From positions 32,183,564-32,218,432 of the forward strand of contig NC_069004.1 of the NCBI RefSeq assembly GCF_001194135.2: 34,869 nt of DNA, in the 5' to 3' direction. Below, piece after piece: positions 33,142 through 34,869 of this stretch. Numbering within the stretch: position 1 is the first letter of the stretch; each line of letters starts with the position of its first letter. The position numbers were made by a program, and so were the translations under genes. The notes under the pieces are model-generated. The model was not told where the DNA came from and made no database searches. It saw nothing but the letters and a program-made list of their open reading frames with translations. The DNA comes from Octopus bimaculoides (Eukaryota).

Positions 33142-33743
33142 CTATAAATAGATAGATATACAAATAGATAGGTAGACAGACAGATAGAGAGAAAATAGAC
33201 TTAATACAGTCTCTGCCAGCCAAATTCACTGACATGCCATTTGTTGGCCTGAGGTGATGACAGAAAACAGTTCCAGGTGTCATACAGAAGAATTGAACTT
33301 AGGACCACATAACTTTGAAATGAACTTCTTAACAACACAACCACACTACACCTATCTCCCACCCCACAAAAAATACACCCAAGAAATCTTCAGAATAATA
33401 ATTTTTTGGTTATGTTTTCCCCCGAGTTCATTTTTTATTTCTTTTATTTTCATTTGAACATTTCTTTAAAAGAATGTCTTTCATTAGAATTCTTGGCACC
33501 AAGCTTTTTGTTTGTTTGTTGGATTTTGTTAGAAGCCTTCTAAATGGCACTAAAATGGATATCTTAAAGTGCACCAAAGTGAAGCAGAGTGCAACAAAAT
33601 GTGTTTTTAATAAACAGATAAAATACGAAATAAATATACTTAATTATTTTTTTCTAGAGTTTAGAAGGAAAAAAAATTGTTTCATTTGATATTATGCACA
33701 TTGGCATGATGGGTAATTAGTACAGAAATTAATTAATTCAACA

Positions 33744-33782
<39 letters not shown>

Positions 33783-34088
33783 CTTTTATTCTTTACTTGT
33801 TTCAGTCATTTGACTGCAGCCATGCTGGAGCACCAGCTTTAGTCGAACAAATTGACCCCAGGACTTACTCTTTGTAAGCCTAGTACTTATTCTATCAGTC
33901 TCTTTTTACCGAACCACTAAGTGATGGTGACGTAAACACACCAACATCAGTTGTGAAGCAATTGTGGGGGAACAAACACAGACACAACTGACAGATACCT
34001 AACATAACAAATAGCAATCTTCTTACCACACAGCTGCGTGTGTGTGTGTGGACGCGGGTGCCAAGCAGTGAGGGTGAGTGCTAAACAC

Positions 34089-34186
34089 CATATTTGCTGG
34101 ATAAATATATCCTTTATTGGTGGATTGACAACATGGTGGCAGATTGCCAACATTGAAACTGGAATGTTTGAAAATTTGTGCACTTC
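34089..34186 (-). CDS. Putative 98-nt exon (SAQIFKHSSFNVGNLPPCCQSTNKGYIYPANM)
   Basis: Acceptor ggtttcttgtag, donor ATG|gtgttt; open frame; no recognised homology. Confidence 0.3.
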
Positions 34187-34229
34187 CTACAAGAAACCAT
34201 TGTTGGTATCGCAATTCCACAAATAAAGA

Positions 34230-34540
34230 ATACACACACACATACACGTACACGTACACACACATGCACATATGCACACCATTACAACACACACATACAT
34301 ACACACACACATACACCAATACAACACACACACACATACGCCCACCAATACAATACACACATACACACATATGCACATTAATACAACAAACACATACATA
34401 CATGCACACACATCCACATACACCAATACAGCACACACATACATACGCACGCTAATACAACACACAAACATACACGTGCATGTACACATACACACATATG
34501 CACACCAATACAACACACACATACACCAATATACACAAAA
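34230..34540. repeat. Degenerate (CA)n/(CATA)n repeat with recurring caccaatacaacacacac units
   Basis: Directly visible. Confidence 0.85.
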
Positions 34541-34599
34541 GTAGTAGTAGCAGTAGTAGTGGTTGCTGCCCCTCTTTTTGTTTTAGCTACTGCCGTTGG

Positions 34600-34630
<31 letters not shown>

Positions 34631-34869
34631 GCTTGTCATCTTAATAATTAAAGAAGCCAGACTTTCAAATGAAGGAAGCTCAACTTACAAAACCCCATTA
34701 TTTAGAATTGGTCAAAAATAATAAGAAGAAGCAAAAAATGAAATGTGATAAATTATCAAAAAAATAAATAAATAAATAACAATTATATTTTTCCCAAAGG
34801 AAGAAAAAACATAATCTTTTAATGGAATGAAAATCGAGGAGAGAATTTCAGTTTGAAGAATATTCTTTT

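Overview
AT-rich, repeat-dense eukaryotic genomic DNA with three N gaps. The SINE, RTE and microsatellite content looks like a coleoid cephalopod, probably Octopus (inference from repeat families, not verified). One gene is firmly supported: a complete 11-exon, 440-aa PIGU (GPI transamidase subunit PIG-U/CDC91L1) on the + strand, CDS 13670-26251, with all introns GT-AG and all phases consistent. Most ORFs in the supplied track are microsatellite artefacts. The rest is tRNA-derived SINEs, RTE-LINE 3' ends, MITEs, a decayed DD37E (TRT-like) Tc1 transposon at 30880-32492 with a nested insertion, and a Merlin-like transposase fossil. Weaker evidence suggests an unidentified small gene just upstream of PIGU (about 8.7-12.6 kb, strand unresolved) and exons of another gene near 33-34 kb. 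A near-perfect 44-bp hairpin lies at 9133-9234. I found no convincing evidence of a new multi-component biological system; the best leads are the unidentified gene, the hairpins, the CpG-decay footprint and the inverted SINE pairs in PIGU intron 1.
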